The notes: a model not told the origin generated them from the letters alone. Shown: positions 47,513 through 59,782, counted from the whole stretch's first letter. The stretch: 62,592 bases of DNA, filler included, from 4 parts of 4 records of this genome joined end to end with filler, not necessarily neighbours in it, one strand, 5' to 3'. Numbers and translations: made by a program.

Positions 47513-49027
47513 ATGGTTTCGCGTGCATATACGGTTGCGTTTCAGGGCGTCGAGGCGCGCATCGTCGAAGTACAATGCGCCGTTTCAGCCGGCTTACCTG
47601 CATTTTCAATTGTTGGCCTGCCCGACAAAGCAGTGTCCGAGGCGCGCGATCGGGTGCGCGCGGCGCTGTCGTCGATGGCGATTGCACTCCCCAGCAAACG
47701 CATCACCATTAACCTAAGCCCCGCCGATCTCCCGAAAGAGGGCAGTCATTTTGACCTGCCCATCGCCCTTGCGCTGCTTTCTGCAATCGACATTTTGCCC
47801 CATGATGTCATCCAATCTGTCGTCGCACTGGGCGAACTGTCATTGGATGGAACGTTGATACCCGTCATTGGCGCGCTGCCCGCTGCGATGACAGCAGCAG
47901 AACATAACCGCAGCCTTTTATGCCCCGAAGCCTCCGGTGCAGAAGCGGCTTGGGTCGGCAATACGCAAGTGATCGCGGCCAGTTCTTTGGGGGCCGTTGT
48001 GCGTCATTACACCGGTCAGGTACCGATCCCCCCCGCCGACCCGGGCGAGGTTTCGGCCCCTCACCAAACCAAAGACCTGCGCGATGTCAAAGGACAGGAG
48101 CGCGCCAAACGTGCCTTGGAAATCGCCGCCGCTGGGCGTCATCATCTGATGTTTGTCGGCACGCCGGGGTCGGGGAAATCAATGCTGGCCGCGCGCCTTC
48201 CGTCGATCCTGCCGCCGCTCACCCCGCGCGAGGCACTTAGCACGTCAATGATCCATTCCCTTGCCGGACTTCTGGTTGAAGGCGGGATATCGCGCACGCG
48301 CCCGTTTCGCGAACCGCATCATACGGCGTCGATGGCGGCGATCATCGGTGGCGGGCGGCAGGCCAAACCGGGCGAGGTCAGCTTGGCCCATAATGGTGTG
48401 TTGTTCATGGATGAATTTCCCGAATTTCCGCGTATGGTTCTGGAAACTTTACGCCAGCCAGTCGAAACCGGCGAGGTTATGATCGCCCGCGCCAATGCCC
48501 ATGTGCGATATCCGTGTCAGTTCATGCTCGTCGCCGCAGCGAACCCATGCAAATGCGGATATCTTAGCGATCCGTCGCGCGCTTGCAGCCGCGCGCCCGC
48601 CTGCGGAGAGGATTATATGGCCCGCATATCAGGCCCCCTGATGGACAGGTTTGACCTTCGGGTCGATGTGCCACCTGTCGCCTTTACCGATCTGGACCTG
48701 CCCGGCGATAGCGAAGGATCGGCCGAGGTCGCGGCCCGCGTCGCGTCGGCCCGCCAGACCCAAGAGACCCGCTTTGCCGATGCACCCAATGCGCATTTGA
48801 ACGCAGATGCAGAGGGCGACCTGTTGGAGAGCATCGCAACGCCTGATCCCGATGCCCGCGCGCTATTGTTGCGCGCAGCGGAACGGTTTCATTTGTCGGC
48901 GCGTGGCTACCACCGTGTTTTGCGCGTCGCGCGTACCATTGCCGATTTGGACGAGGCTGAGACGGTCCAAAAACATCATCTGGCCGAGGCGCTTAGCTTT
49001 CGGATACCGGCGTCGGCAGGGCTGTAA
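47513..49027 (+). CDS. comM: YifB/ComM family Mg-chelatase-like AAA+ ATPase
   Basis: VGLPDKAVSE, NLSPADLPKEGSHFDLPIA, GTPGSGKS, PGEVSLAHNGVLFMDE, SGPLMDRFD, LSARG. Confidence 0.93.
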   Translation: MVSRAYTVAFQGVEARIVEVQCAVSAGLPAFSIVGLPDKAVSEARDRVRAALSSMAIALPSKRITINLSPADLPKEGSHFDLPIALALLSAIDILPHDVIQSVVALGELSLDGTLIPVIGALPAAMTAAEHNRSLLCPEASGAEAAWVGNTQVIAASSLGAVVRHYTGQVPIPPADPGEVSAPHQTKDLRDVKGQERAKRALEIAAAGRHHLMFVGTPGSGKSMLAARLPSILPPLTPREALSTSMIHSLAGLLVEGGISRTRPFREPHHTASMAAIIGGGRQAKPGEVSLAHNGVLFMDEFPEFPRMVLETLRQPVETGEVMIARANAHVRYPCQFMLVAAANPCKCGYLSDPSRACSRAPACGEDYMARISGPLMDRFDLRVDVPPVAFTDLDLPGDSEGSAEVAARVASARQTQETRFADAPNAHLNADAEGDLLESIATPDPDARALLLRAAERFHLSARGYHRVLRVARTIADLDEAETVQKHHLAEALSFRIPASAGL

Positions 49028-49910
49028 TCCACCCTGCAAGGTCATCCAAGGTCTGGCGCGCCTCGGGTAGGATGTTGTGAAAAATCGGCCAAACATGCGG
49101 CAGGTCATGTTCCTCGTGAAAGGTTACGTCCTCATCGCAAGACTTCAAATGCTGGCTTAATGCACGCGAGTCATCACGCAGAATTTCCGTATCTCCCACA
49201 CACAGCCACACGGGCGGGGCACCGCCAAAATCTGCGCTTAGCGTGTTTAATCTCGCGTCTGAACGATCCGCATCCGCCAAATACATTTCAAGCATGTCCA
49301 CTGCGCGCTCCGGTGCCAGAACGGCTTCGCGTTCCGCGTTCTCGACAAAGCTTGCCCCTTGGCGTGTGAAATCAACAAAGGGCGAAAACCCGAAAACACC
49401 GCGTGGCGCTGGCAGTTTTTTGGTCAGAATTTCTGACAGCAAACCAAAGGCCAAACCACCCCCTGCGCTGTCGCCACCGACCACGATATTTTGCGCGGCC
49501 ACGCCAGATGCAATAAGCGCGCCATAGGCCGCTTCCACATCATCCGTCGCTGCAGGAAACTTGAACTCGGGTGCAAGCCGGTACCGTGGCATCACAACCC
49601 GTGCCCCCACCCGCGCCGCCAACTGGCCCAGCATAGCCGCGTGGGTTTCAGGGCTGCCAAAGACAAAACCACCGCCATGGACATAAAAAATGACAATCTC
49701 AGACGTGACGTATTTTGGCGTCACCGTCAGCACATCGACGTCCCCCGGTAACATCGTTTTCTCAACCTGCGTCCCGCGCGGTGGGTGAAACAGTAATCGC
49801 GCACTAAGCTCAAGGTTCTGGCGCAGTTTCTGCGGCGTCTTGGCGCGGCGCATCTTGCGCTTTTCAATCAGCCGCAAATAGGTGTTCAGCGCGGGACGTA
49901 TCAGGCTCAT
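48993..49910 (-). CDS. Alpha/beta hydrolase (HSL-family esterase)
   Basis: HGGGF, YRLAPE, GDSAGG, EILRDD, HVW. Confidence 0.92.
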   Translation of the reverse strand: MSLIRPALNTYLRLIEKRKMRRAKTPQKLRQNLELSARLLFHPPRGTQVEKTMLPGDVDVLTVTPKYVTSEIVIFYVHGGGFVFGSPETHAAMLGQLAARVGARVVMPRYRLAPEFKFPAATDDVEAAYGALIASGVAAQNIVVGGDSAGGGLAFGLLSEILTKKLPAPRGVFGFSPFVDFTRQGASFVENAEREAVLAPERAVDMLEMYLADADRSDARLNTLSADFGGAPPVWLCVGDTEILRDDSRALSQHLKSCDEDVTFHEEHDLPHVWPIFHNILPEARQTLDDLAGWITALPTPVSES

Positions 49911-50602
49911 GCGCGGCGCGCTTCAATCGCCTCCCAGATTTTGGCGGCTATGTTGGTGCCGTCAAACCGCTCAAGTTCTTGGATACCGGTTGGCGAGGTC
50001 ACGTTGATTTCGGTCAGATAATCGCCGATCACATCGATGCCGACAAATATCTGGCCTTTTTCCTTAAGCACCGGGCCGATGGCCGCACAAATCTCAAGGT
50101 CGCGGTCGGTCAGGCCGACTTTTTCAGGCCTGCCCCCAACATGCATATTGGACCGCGTTTCGCCCTCTGCGGGGACACGGTTGATGGCACCAACCGCTTC
50201 GCCATCCACCAAAATCACACGTTTGTCGCCTTTGGACACCGCCGGCAGGAATTTTTGCACGATCAACGGTTCGCGCGAGAACCCCGTAAAGAGTTCATAA
50301 AGCGACCCAAGATTGCGATCGTTTCCGTCAAGCCGGAACACACCGGCCCCGCCATTGCCGTACAGCGGCTTCAGGATCACATCCCCATGCTTGGCCTTGA
50401 ACGCCTTGATCGTATCAAGATCACGCGCGATTGTGGTCGGCGGAATCAGGTCGGGAAAATCCAGACACATCAGTTTTTCAGGGTAATTGCGCACCCAAAA
50501 CGGGTCATTCACGACAAGCGTCGTTTCTTTGATCCGGTCCAAAAGATGCGTCGACGTGATGTAATGCATGTCGAATGGCGGGTCTTGGCGCAGCCAGACA
50601 AC
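49907..50602 (-). CDS. gshB: Glutathione synthetase (5' truncated by contig end)
   Basis: [52 protein letters not shown]. Confidence 0.95.
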   Translation of the reverse strand, partial: VVWLRQDPPFDMHYITSTHLLDRIKETTLVVNDPFWVRNYPEKLMCLDFPDLIPPTTIARDLDTIKAFKAKHGDVILKPLYGNGGAGVFRLDGNDRNLGSLYELFTGFSREPLIVQKFLPAVSKGDKRVILVDGEAVGAINRVPAEGETRSNMHVGGRPEKVGLTDRDLEICAAIGPVLKEKGQIFVGIDVIGDYLTEINVTSPTGIQELERFDGTNIAAKIWEAIEARRA

Positions 50603-50702
50603 NNNNNNNNNNNNNNNNNNNNNNNNNNNNNNNNNNNNNNNNNNNNTTAATTAATTAANNNNNNNNNNNNNNNNNNNNNNNNNNNNNNNNNNNNNNNNNN
50701 NN
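50603..50702. other. Artificial contig-join spacer
   Basis: N-run + TTAATTAATTAA + N-run. Confidence 0.98.
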
Positions 50703-50726
50703 CACACACACACACACACACACACA
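50703..50726. repeat. (CA)12 microsatellite at contig start
   Basis: Direct reading. Confidence 0.95.
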
Positions 50727-51188
50727 GACACTTTTTCTCTCTCTCACTCAACTCTCTCTTCGACGCTCAAGTTCGTTGCTGAGAAGTCCTCGTCTCATGG
50801 GCCGTGTAAGCGAGCCACGTTTTTTCCCTCGTGCCTTTTTTACTGATATTGTGTGTTTGCCTGTTGCGCTCGATCTTCTTCGTCCTTCCTTCTCCTTCTG
50901 TGCTGCTCCTGATCCCAGCCATCGAGCGTGGCACCCGCATTCGTCCCACGTACGGAGTTGAACCACTTTGCGTGGCGTAAGAGTTGCGCTGCCAGTTGCT
51001 TCATTTGTTGTGAGATGTTGTGACTCGCTTGCTCCGGTGACATTTTTTCTGCAATTAATTCTGGGTGTGTTTCAACAGCCAGTCAGTTAGATTGTTTTTT
51101 TTTTACGTATTTTGCCAGAGTTCAGGTGAGGCCAGGTGAAGTGATGCTTGACGAAGAAGGGTAGGTGAAGTAAGTGAGTGCCATTGCC

Positions 51189-54100
51189 ATGTGGAGTGAA
51201 TCGGCCCTCAACGGGCCAAGCACAAGCTCAACGCACCCCTCTTCGTCAAGCGCTGCTTCGGCTTCTTCCTCCTCAAGCTCGGCTTCCTGCTCCCAGCGGC
51301 GGCCTTTTCATTTTCGGCAGACCAAGTCAAAGTCTCGCCTGAGCAGCCGGGCGCGGGGCATTAAGTGGCAGCAAGGCACGAGCAACAGGGCGCAAAGGCA
51401 TAGTCGCAAGGTCAGCCCTGCACTAGCAGCCGCTCAGCGTGCGTCGCAGCGGCAGTCTGAGCAGGAGCTTCGGTACAAGGCGTGCTTCCACAAACTCGAT
51501 ATTGATGCCAACAAAGTCGTGACGAGCGAAGAACTTTTTATCGCACTTCGGCATATATTGGCAACCACGAGTGCAGCCGAGGCTGGCGTGAGCGACAGAA
51601 GACGGAGCCTGGATTGGGACAGTCTCTTCACAGCGATTCAGGCCAAGTTCAAGAAGCATGCGAGCAATGCCACCCAGAGCGTTGACTTTGGGGAATTCGT
51701 TCGTATTATGGAAGAGCTGAAGAACGATGTGCGTGGACACCATCGCCGAGCACTTGACTTTTTCGTTGGTCGCGAAGCGGACAGCTACCATGGCTTTCTG
51801 TCGAGCGGTTGGAAAGTGTTGCCCTCGTCGTTTGTGCTTGGCCAACCAGACCTTCGCAGAATGCGTCTGTGAGTCCGTGAACTTTGGTTGAAAGCGCATT
51901 GATCTACAGCCTGCGCAACTTTTGCTGCCCCCCTCGTTTTTTATTGCAGTAATTTTGTTTGTTCTTTGACCTTGGTGTAAACGACAGGTATTGCGGAAAT
52001 GTCCTTCGCTGCCGACAGCCAGCGATGACGCTCGGCAGGTTTTGGCCCAACAGTGACGTAGCAAAGTTACACTACCTCATTTCGTGTGAACCTGAAGCTC
52101 GTGGATTGGTGTTTCATTTCGCGAACGCGGATCACGAAGTTTTCAACAGTTTTCCTTCGCTGTATCGGGGACAGCCCGGAAGTGACCCAAGAGAATGGTT
52201 CATTAGTGCAGAAAGTGTTCGAGTGTACCTTCGAGGGCAAGGGATTGCTTGGTCAACGGAATATCTTCTGAGACTGCTTAGCGAGCAGCGGGCTTGGCGA
52301 AGTCGGAGCCACACCCTAGGTATTCGAAACCAATCCCATTCGCATGCAGCCAGTGTCAATTTTTTCCGCCAAGACCCATCTTCCAAGGGTGAGACTACGG
52401 TGGGTGTTGAACCCGAAAGAACTGATCAACCCGCTTCTGACCGATTGGAGCAGAGACGAAGCACAGAGCAAGGTTCTGTTGCACCAGAAGCCACTCCTCA
52501 AATGTTGAACGCACCGGAGAATGTGCTACCGCCCGCGACAGCGCTTGATTCGTTTTCTCGAGTCACTCGGGAGGAATTCTGTTTCCTTGTTGACGTGGCC
52601 ATGAGGCGTGTGCGTTCAATTTTTGTCCCGTACAATGCCATTCGGGCTCAAGACATATCTGTGGATAAGCGTCGTGGAAGCGACGAGGAGCCCTCCGCGA
52701 CCGTAACACTGGAGATCGTCCGGTGCAAAATTGTGCGTTGGGGCGATGATGTAAAGACACGCACTTCTGCAACGTCACCTTCAGACCCCGCTTTGCAAAA
52801 AACAAAGCTCCAACAGTCGGAGGATCAATTGGGCGAGAACAACGACAGTGAAGTCTCCGATGGACATGTGCAACAAAATATCGTTGGGGAGGAATATCAA
52901 TGGGACAATGATAGCCATGTACTTCGATCACTGGTCGCTCAGCCAGTTTTAGCATCGGAAGAAGGATATCAGACCATCAATTCTGACGAGATGCGATCAT
53001 TATTGCAGTGCAAGCCAGTTCCTCGGCGCGATCGCACGCTGAAGCCATTGATGACTGCAGGAGATTTTGTGCTTCAGAGTCAGCGACAACACGAAGGGCG
53101 CTCGGTGGAGGGTGCTGTTCGTGGGACGTTTTCGGGGGCACTAGCAGCAGCAGAAGGACGTACGTTTGCACGTCCGCAGCAGATTGCCTTGAATTGGCGA
53201 TTATTGAAGGTTTTTAAAGGAATGGGTGTTCTCACTTCACCCGGCATGAACATCATGCAGTCGAAAAGTTGAGAGTTTGCGTCATTTTTGTTCCATTGTT
53301 TTTCTTAGTGTTTACTTTTGCGGCTCCAACTGTGTGGATTCTCACGAGTCTCGTCACGCTCATGTTTTGGAAGGCAGAAAGCAAGCCCTTCCTGCGGCAT
53401 GCTTTGCTTTGCTCTTTGATGATCATGCTGGTGCGACAGTTGGTGGAGCGTGTGGAGAAATGAGATTCAGCTCAACGATTGTGCTGTAAATAGTGATACG
53501 TACCTTTTGTATGCATGTAGGTTGCGCTATTGATTGCACCCACGTGGTTGGTTGCACCGCTGAAATGGTGCCGCTCTAAAGTTGCAGAACGCCGCGCCAT
53601 CGCACGGGACGCCGCCCGTGCGCTCCGGAACCATTCTGTGCGTGTGGGCGTTGCAACGTGCATGGTGCCAATTGTCGACAACTGCGTGTGGCGCTCATGC
53701 GTTCATTGCGTGTCTTTGCATGAATATACAGGACCCCAACAAAGAGGAGTGGCGCGACAGAGTTAGTTGAGTTTCATCAAACCCGCTTTCGTGCCCGCGT
53801 GATACTAACTATGTCAATGCTCAGCTGTCAATACTTGCTTGGTTGCTATGCAGGTTGACGTCCTGAAATTCCGCGTGCCTTTGCTCTGTGTGGGAGATAT
53901 TGTGCGCCGTCTAAAGCTTGCTAGCAACATTCACGTTCCAAACGTGGAAGATCTTCCTTCATGGTCGGCGTATGTTCCACGACAGTGCAGCTGTCGCCCG
54001 GCAAGACCCGTGATTCAGCAAGCAATTCTCATCGGCCAATACACAATGCTGTTGGCTAGTATTGTCAGTATCTACAACAATACTGACCTGGTGAGGACTG

Positions 54101-55144
54101 CATAGTTGTGGCGGCCAAGATTCCAAAGGGTTTCATCTTTGCTTCTTTTCTGTGTATTTTTTTCTTTCTCGCTTGCTCACCTCTCGTGTACCTGTGTGAC
54201 AACGACAGGTGGAATCAGCTCTTCGGAAATTGGTAGAGTTCCCAGTGCTGCAATCGTTGTATACATGGACATGCTGGATACTCTCAGCAGCAGCTTATCC
54301 TCTGCGCCAATTGGCAGCGGGGGTGCGGGCCTGGGTGGAAGGCGCTTTGAGCCCGATTTTCGAACAAGTGGCGACTCACGTTAAATCCTGGATTGGACCA
54401 GTGCACACGGTGTTTCAGGTATGTCCCTGAGGCCGCCATGTGGTGCTCTTTGATGAACCAGTCGCCACCTAATAATCTGACAACCGTGCCGCCTTTTGCA
54501 ACTGCGAAGGATTCCATTTGGCCAACAATTGAAGACACAACTACGTGGCTGATTGAAGTGTTTGCTCCCATAAAGCTTGTCGCCGTTTCAGTACGTGTGC
54601 GGTCATCGGCCATGGTGTTTTATCCCCCACACAACCCCCCACACAACCCCCCACACTGTGGTGAGCCAATCCGAGTCGATGACACTTTTTTTCTTGTGAA
54701 CACGGCCAACTGCTGTTTGCGTGGTAGGTGTTCACGCTCGCAGCGTCGTTGATAGGAAGTTTACGCTACAATCCAATATTTTCCATGCTTTCCACGCTTG
54801 GGTCGAAATGTGTGGCTCTCCTCGGATTTACGGCTCGCTGGGACAAGTTTAATGTTTTTGTGAAGGTGTGCTGCAACCTATTTGATGAATGTCGAACAGC
54901 AACTTTTGAGTCTGAAAATATCTTACGCAGATGTGTCGTGAATGGGTTCCAGGTAAAAGATATTTTGCTCAAGATGCGCATTTTGAGGCACGGGAGTGGG
55001 CCATTGGACGCTGCTGCTGTCGCTACTGTCGTGGCTACCGCGACCGGGGTGGGCGAAACGCCGGCTCCGGACGTCTTGCAAGCATTTAGCAGCCAAGCGT
55101 CGCGCCCGGCTTCAAACAGCCCCCGCAGGCAGTGGTTGGAATAA
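51189..55144 (+). CDS. Eukaryotic multi-exon gene: EF-hand-containing predicted membrane protein of unknown function (3' end uncertain)
   Basis: EF-hand loop DIDANKVVTSEE. Frame-restoring GT-AG introns at 51869-51987, 53160-53260, 53431-53520, 53638-53731 and 53762-53853. TM-like exons VIFVPLFFLVFTFAAPTVWIL and ALLCSLMIMLVALLIAP. Confidence 0.6.
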
Positions 55145-55264
55145 TGATACTCACACCACTCAATAATGTTAGTGTGTTTTTGTGTGTTCACAGCATCTGT
55201 CGTGAAAAAAGCACGACCTGAACGTTTGCCTCGCAGTAGAGCCATGCTGCGCCGCAATTCCGAT

Positions 55265-56949
55265 CTACGCTTTGGCCATTTCCCAAATATCACCCGGCGA
55301 CACGGTAACTTCTTGACTGGTTCCTAACAGAGTACCAGGAGTTGTGGTGTCCACGAAATCCGCATCATAAACGAAAAAGTGCCCAGTGAGAGTTGGCGCA
55401 TCAGTACCCAACTGTACGGCATCCGGGCCAATCGATCGCGCAGCATCACCTAGTGAACGTGTCAATGGTAAAACACCGCGCGGCATCAGAACAGGAATCA
55501 TAAAAGCCATGCCAATACTCCAATACAATATTGAACACACAGACACATTTTCCAACCATCATACCTGCTCCCCATATGACGGTCCCGTTACTAGATATGA
55601 AAAGCACGCGACGCTGCAGCCACGCAGCGAACACTCGATTGTTGTCAAGCTGCGGGACAGCACCTGCACCGTACAGGGCGCCACGAAGCGTTGAGGACGA
55701 CTCGTCCACAACAAAACCAATGCTCACAATGTAGTTGTCGTCAGCATTCAAATGTTCGAACAGCAATTTTGCCGGCGGGAAAGAATCCGGCGGCGCGGGT
55801 GTTGAAAACTTGTTCGACGTCAAATTGCTATTGTGCGTTTTCGAGTGCGTGCGTGCATCAGAATTTCCACTTTGGTGACTGGCGATACTGTGACTGGAAT
55901 CTTGTAATTTTCCAACGTCAGAAGCGTCGCGACGAAGGTCGTTCGGCTGGACAACGCTGAAGTAAGTTTGTTGCGAGTTCATGTGAAGGCCCATGACCCA
56001 GTGTCCATTGATCAGCTTGACATCGGTCGGGACGAGGCTTGGTTGATCCAGTGCCACGCCGGAATATGTGAAGTGGAGAGGGGCATCGAGGCCTTCTTTT
56101 CCACCCGGAGGCACTGGCGCGACTGCGTGGAACACAGCATGCTGGGACTCGTTCTTGAAGTTGCAGAAGTACAAATGATACTCACCAGCGGCACCGTCGC
56201 TTCCTGCACCGTCGGCATACACAATTACATTGCCGCCGTTGACATCAGCAATTTCCCAACCGTCATAGCCACTCATCTGGCGCGTGAAATACAACATCAT
56301 GAGCAACAAATAAAGAATCGTGAGCTTTGGCTCCACGTTAGCCAATGCAAGGCCAGAGACAGCAATAAACCTGGACAAGCTGGGATGACCCTCCAGCTGC
56401 TGGGGCCCACGTCACGCCATCAGCCGAAGTGGAAAACCCTGGTTTGTTCAAGTTCACACCCGGCACGAGCTGGGTATACATGATCGCCCATTGCCCATCC
56501 GGGCGCTTCAAGGCCGATGGGTTGTTCACGTGCACCATCGAGCCAGTCGCCACCACAGGCACATGCGGGTTGATGGTCGCGAAATCGTCGTCAGTGACAG
56601 CTACGGACACGGAATCGTGGCAGGACGACACACCGTCCCAGCCTCCAAAATAAACGTTCACTGCACCGCCGTTCACAACAGCATTGGCGGCGTAGATGTT
56701 GCCTGGGCACGAGCCACCTGCATTCGGGGCAATGAGCGGGGCTCTGGCATCGTGGACCCAGTTGGATATTTTCGCAGGGTCAAACAGACCCGCGCCGACG
56801 CCCTTGACTGTGAACTCTGCCTGGGTTGTAGGGTCGTGTCCGACTTTCGTAAAAGTCCACGACCCGGCTGTGAGGTGGGCGAAGCTGAGGATGTAGGAAA
56901 TGGAAGCTACTGCCGGGCGCTTCCTCAGACTGCTGCGTGGACGCGCCAT
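55265..56949 (-). CDS. Eukaryotic secreted five-bladed beta-propeller glycoside-hydrolase-like protein (exons 56949-56371, 56276-55565, 55449-55265)
   Basis: Signal-like N-terminus; NIYAAN, YFGGWDG, HVNNPS, STSADGVTW (Asp-box-like). Introns 56277-56370 and 55450-55564 join three ORFs in frame. Confidence 0.6.
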
Positions 56950-57045
56950 TGGCCGTGCAAATACCCTTCCAAGTCACAACACCACGTTTCTGCGCCTCGT
57001 CCTTTCGTTCTCTCCGTCTTGCGCTGCACTTTTTGGTTTCTTTTC

Positions 57046-57063
57046 GTTGTTGTTGTTGTTGTT
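57046..57063. repeat. (GTT)6 microsatellite at contig end
   Basis: Direct reading. Confidence 0.9.
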
Positions 57064-57163
57064 NNNNNNNNNNNNNNNNNNNNNNNNNNNNNNNNNNNNN
57101 NNNNNNNTTAATTAATTAANNNNNNNNNNNNNNNNNNNNNNNNNNNNNNNNNNNNNNNNNNNN
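57064..57163. other. Artificial contig-join spacer
   Basis: N-run + TTAATTAATTAA + N-run. Confidence 0.98.
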
Positions 57164-57167
57164 GTAA

Positions 57168-57193
57168 GTGAGTGCGTGAGTGAGTGAGTGAGT
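57168..57193. repeat. (GTGA)n microsatellite near contig start
   Basis: GTGAGTGCGTGAGTGAGTGAGTGAGT. Confidence 0.8.
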
Positions 57194-57457
57194 TGGGCAG
57201 CAGACTTTGTCGAGGGCACAGCTCGACGTTCTGATTCGAACTTTCCACCTTTGTTTTCTTTTTTTTCTTCGCCATTTGTCTGTGGCGTGCTTCCGTGGGC
57301 CCTCGAGCCGCAATGCCGTTGCCACTGTTGTTGGATCAGCGAATGGCGCTTGCTGCATTTTTTTATTTTTGAAAGGGTGAGTTGACCGAGCGACAGACAG
57401 CGTGCGTGCGCATCACTCCTCTCGTCTTCACGACACAAACTAGCCACACGCTTCACC

Positions 57458-59082
57458 ATGCCGGACCGCAGCGAGAAGGCGCAGGAGAAGCGCCGCGTCA
57501 CGTGGCAAAAGACTCTTCTCCCACTTTTGATTCAGAAGACAAGAAACTCCGCTTCATCTTCCTGCGAGCACCGACTGGGTTCCAAACTGTTTGTGAAGGC
57601 AACCAGGCTGGCGGCCGACGGAATCCCCACCAGCATTCGTGGAGACATTTGGAAAGCGGTTGTCGGCAACCGGCTGGGTATTACGCGTGGTCTATTCGAC
57701 GTCTGCAAGGCGCGGGCGCGCCGCATGGAGGTGGACACAGAAGCTGGGTGTTTCCTCACGCTCGAAACAGCTGGAGGAGGCGAAGCAGGAGGCCGAAAGA
57801 TTGGGAAGTTCCACACGTTTTCTCTGATCGCTCGGGACATGTTCCGGACGTTCGATGAGCTGCGATTCCTTCACGATGACCCAGTTTGGAGGGCCAACCT
57901 CAGCAACATTCTTGAGGCGTGGGTGATGTATCGGTATGTCGTTGTCGCGGCGACCCGTTGTGTCCAGGTTGGGCACGCTTTCTTGTTGTATGGTGGCCCG
58001 TGACGATGTTGCTCACACGTCCTCTGCATTGCTGAAATGCCCTTCAGGCCGGACATTGGATACGTGCAGGGCATGAGCTACATTGCGTGCATGTTGATTT
58101 TGAATATTTCTGACAACTTCGAGCAGTTTGTTTGCTTCGCGAACATTATTTGCACGCCCTTTTGCCTCGACATTTTTGATGTTGGCCGTGACAATATTCT
58201 GGGTACGCCACTCTGCGCCCTGAATTGGATGCAAATACCGATGTGAAGAAAAGCAGTGGCAGTTCCCCGCATTAGTCCTTGTTGTGCTTTTTGTTCCTGC
58301 TTATACACAGGGCATGTGGAGGCTTTTTCACTCTACGTTGACAAGAGATTGCCAGCCATTGCGAAACACTTCAAGTCCAACGACGTGTCTGTGCACATGT
58401 ATTTGCTGCGCTGGCTAAAAACAGTGTTCTGCCAGGGCGTCGGAATTGAGGTGACGGTGGTAAGCGCCGATACGAAAGTCACCGCTGATGTACATGCTTG
58501 GCTTGTTACTGCATGCGCACTTTCTTTATTGTTGAGCGATTTTCTCTGGGACGCAGGCAATTTGGGACTGCTTCCTCCTTGAGGGCGAAGTGTTTCTGTG
58601 TCGCGCCACACTGGCGTTGTTGAAGCTGCTGGAACCACACCTTCTCGCAGCAGAATCGATGTCTGATATTATGCCGATTCTGCACCACTTCCCTGCCCGC
58701 TGTGAGGCCTCCGATGTTATTAAAATGGCAAGCCAATTCAGCATTGATCCCGTAAGTTTTCGTGCCTTGCATTCGTTTTGCGACGAGGGAACCCCGCTTG
58801 TGGTGCCTGCTTAACTCAACACTACACGACCATGTCCAGGTGGAGTTTCATTCGGTTTTGCGCGACTGCATTAACCACAAAGAGTCGAAGTCAAAAGCCT
58901 TGCCTCGGACGCCTCGACCGAAAAAGTCTGCACAGGCAAGTGCAATTGCAACGCCTCCTTTCCCAAGAACGCCAGCTCCTGATTTCGAGTCAGCGAGGGA
59001 TATGGGCACCTCGAGTCCACGAGGATCGCCGCCACCACCCCCAGGAGTTGGACCGAAAACCAACGATATAGATGATCGATAA
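57458..59082 (+). CDS. Eukaryotic Rab-GAP TBC-domain protein (TBC1D12/14-like); exons 57458-57933, 58048-58202, 58311-58459, 58557-58751, 58840-59082
   Basis: GIP.SIRG.IW, IARDMFRTF (Arg finger), YRPDIGYVQGMSY (Gln finger, assembled across intron 1), WLKTVF, IWDCFLLEG; four GT-AG introns in the correct phase. Confidence 0.9.
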
Positions 59083-59131
59083 ATCGTGTTGTAATTCACA
59101 TCGACACATACACGAAACCCCTACCGGTATG

Positions 59132-59772
59132 CTATCCTATCCACACAACCATGTGATATCGCTTCACTCAACGTCACTCCGTTCCTAGCAACGCCATGTC
59201 AATCTACACGACGTATGATGGGGGCCGATGGGTTGAGCCATCGGCATGGAATTCGCTCTTTATTTTATAAGAGCAAATTCTTTCGGAAATAACAAGTAAC
59301 GTTCTTGGTATTATTCAGATCAATAGCTTCAGATATAAATCAGCATCACTTCGCTAACGCTTCGTTCCTCGCACCAAAAACTGCTTTGACGGTTTAAGGG
59401 ACGCCTTCCCCTTCTCGGACGGACTCCATCCTGCGATGCCGTCGCCCCTGGCGGTCTCATATTGATCAATCTGATTTGTTCCTCGGGCGCCAATGCGGGT
59501 CTTTCGTTGGAAAAACCTTTCTGTGCGTAGACAGACATCGCCAATTCGGTGAGCCGACATATAGGTTGAACAGATAACGAGAATGATATTTGTTACATAT
59601 TAGAGTGTGTTTCCGAATTTACACTAAAGGTGTAAATTCGGCAAGAGCAAATTCCCATGCCGATGGCTCGACCCATCGGCCCCCATCATATATCGTGTAG
59701 ACTGACAGGGCGTAGCTAGGAACGGAGTGACTTTGAGCGAAGCAACATCACATGGCTGTGTGGATAGGATAG
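59132..59772. repeat. Fold-back element with ~130-bp imperfect terminal inverted repeats (MITE-like)
   Basis: 59132-59260 versus the reverse complement of 59643-59772: about 13 differences in 130 nt by eye; internal hairpins. Confidence 0.85.
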
Positions 59773-59782
59773 GAAACCAATT

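Noticed and set aside
48993-49027. 35-bp convergent overlap between comM and the esterase
   Set aside because: Short convergent overlaps are ordinary in compact alphaproteobacterial loci.
50603-50750. Apparent bacterium-to-eukaryote junction suggesting horizontal transfer
   Set aside because: The junction is an artificial spacer, and gshB is simply truncated at a contig end.
54624-54656. Short tandem repeat CCCCCACACAAC (about 2.5 copies)
   Set aside because: Intronic minisatellite without spacers; not CRISPR-like.
55194-55327. Possible last exon of the EF-hand gene overlapping the 3' end of the convergent glycosidase gene
   Set aside because: An acceptor exists at 55193, but I found no donor in the phase needed for the long reading, so the overlap is unsupported.
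59415-59460. HDV-like ribozyme resemblance (GACGG...CAT-CCTGCG-ATG-CCGTC)
   Set aside because: P1- and P3-like pairing is present, but there is no P1.1 GG, no J4/2 motif and no P2 partner.
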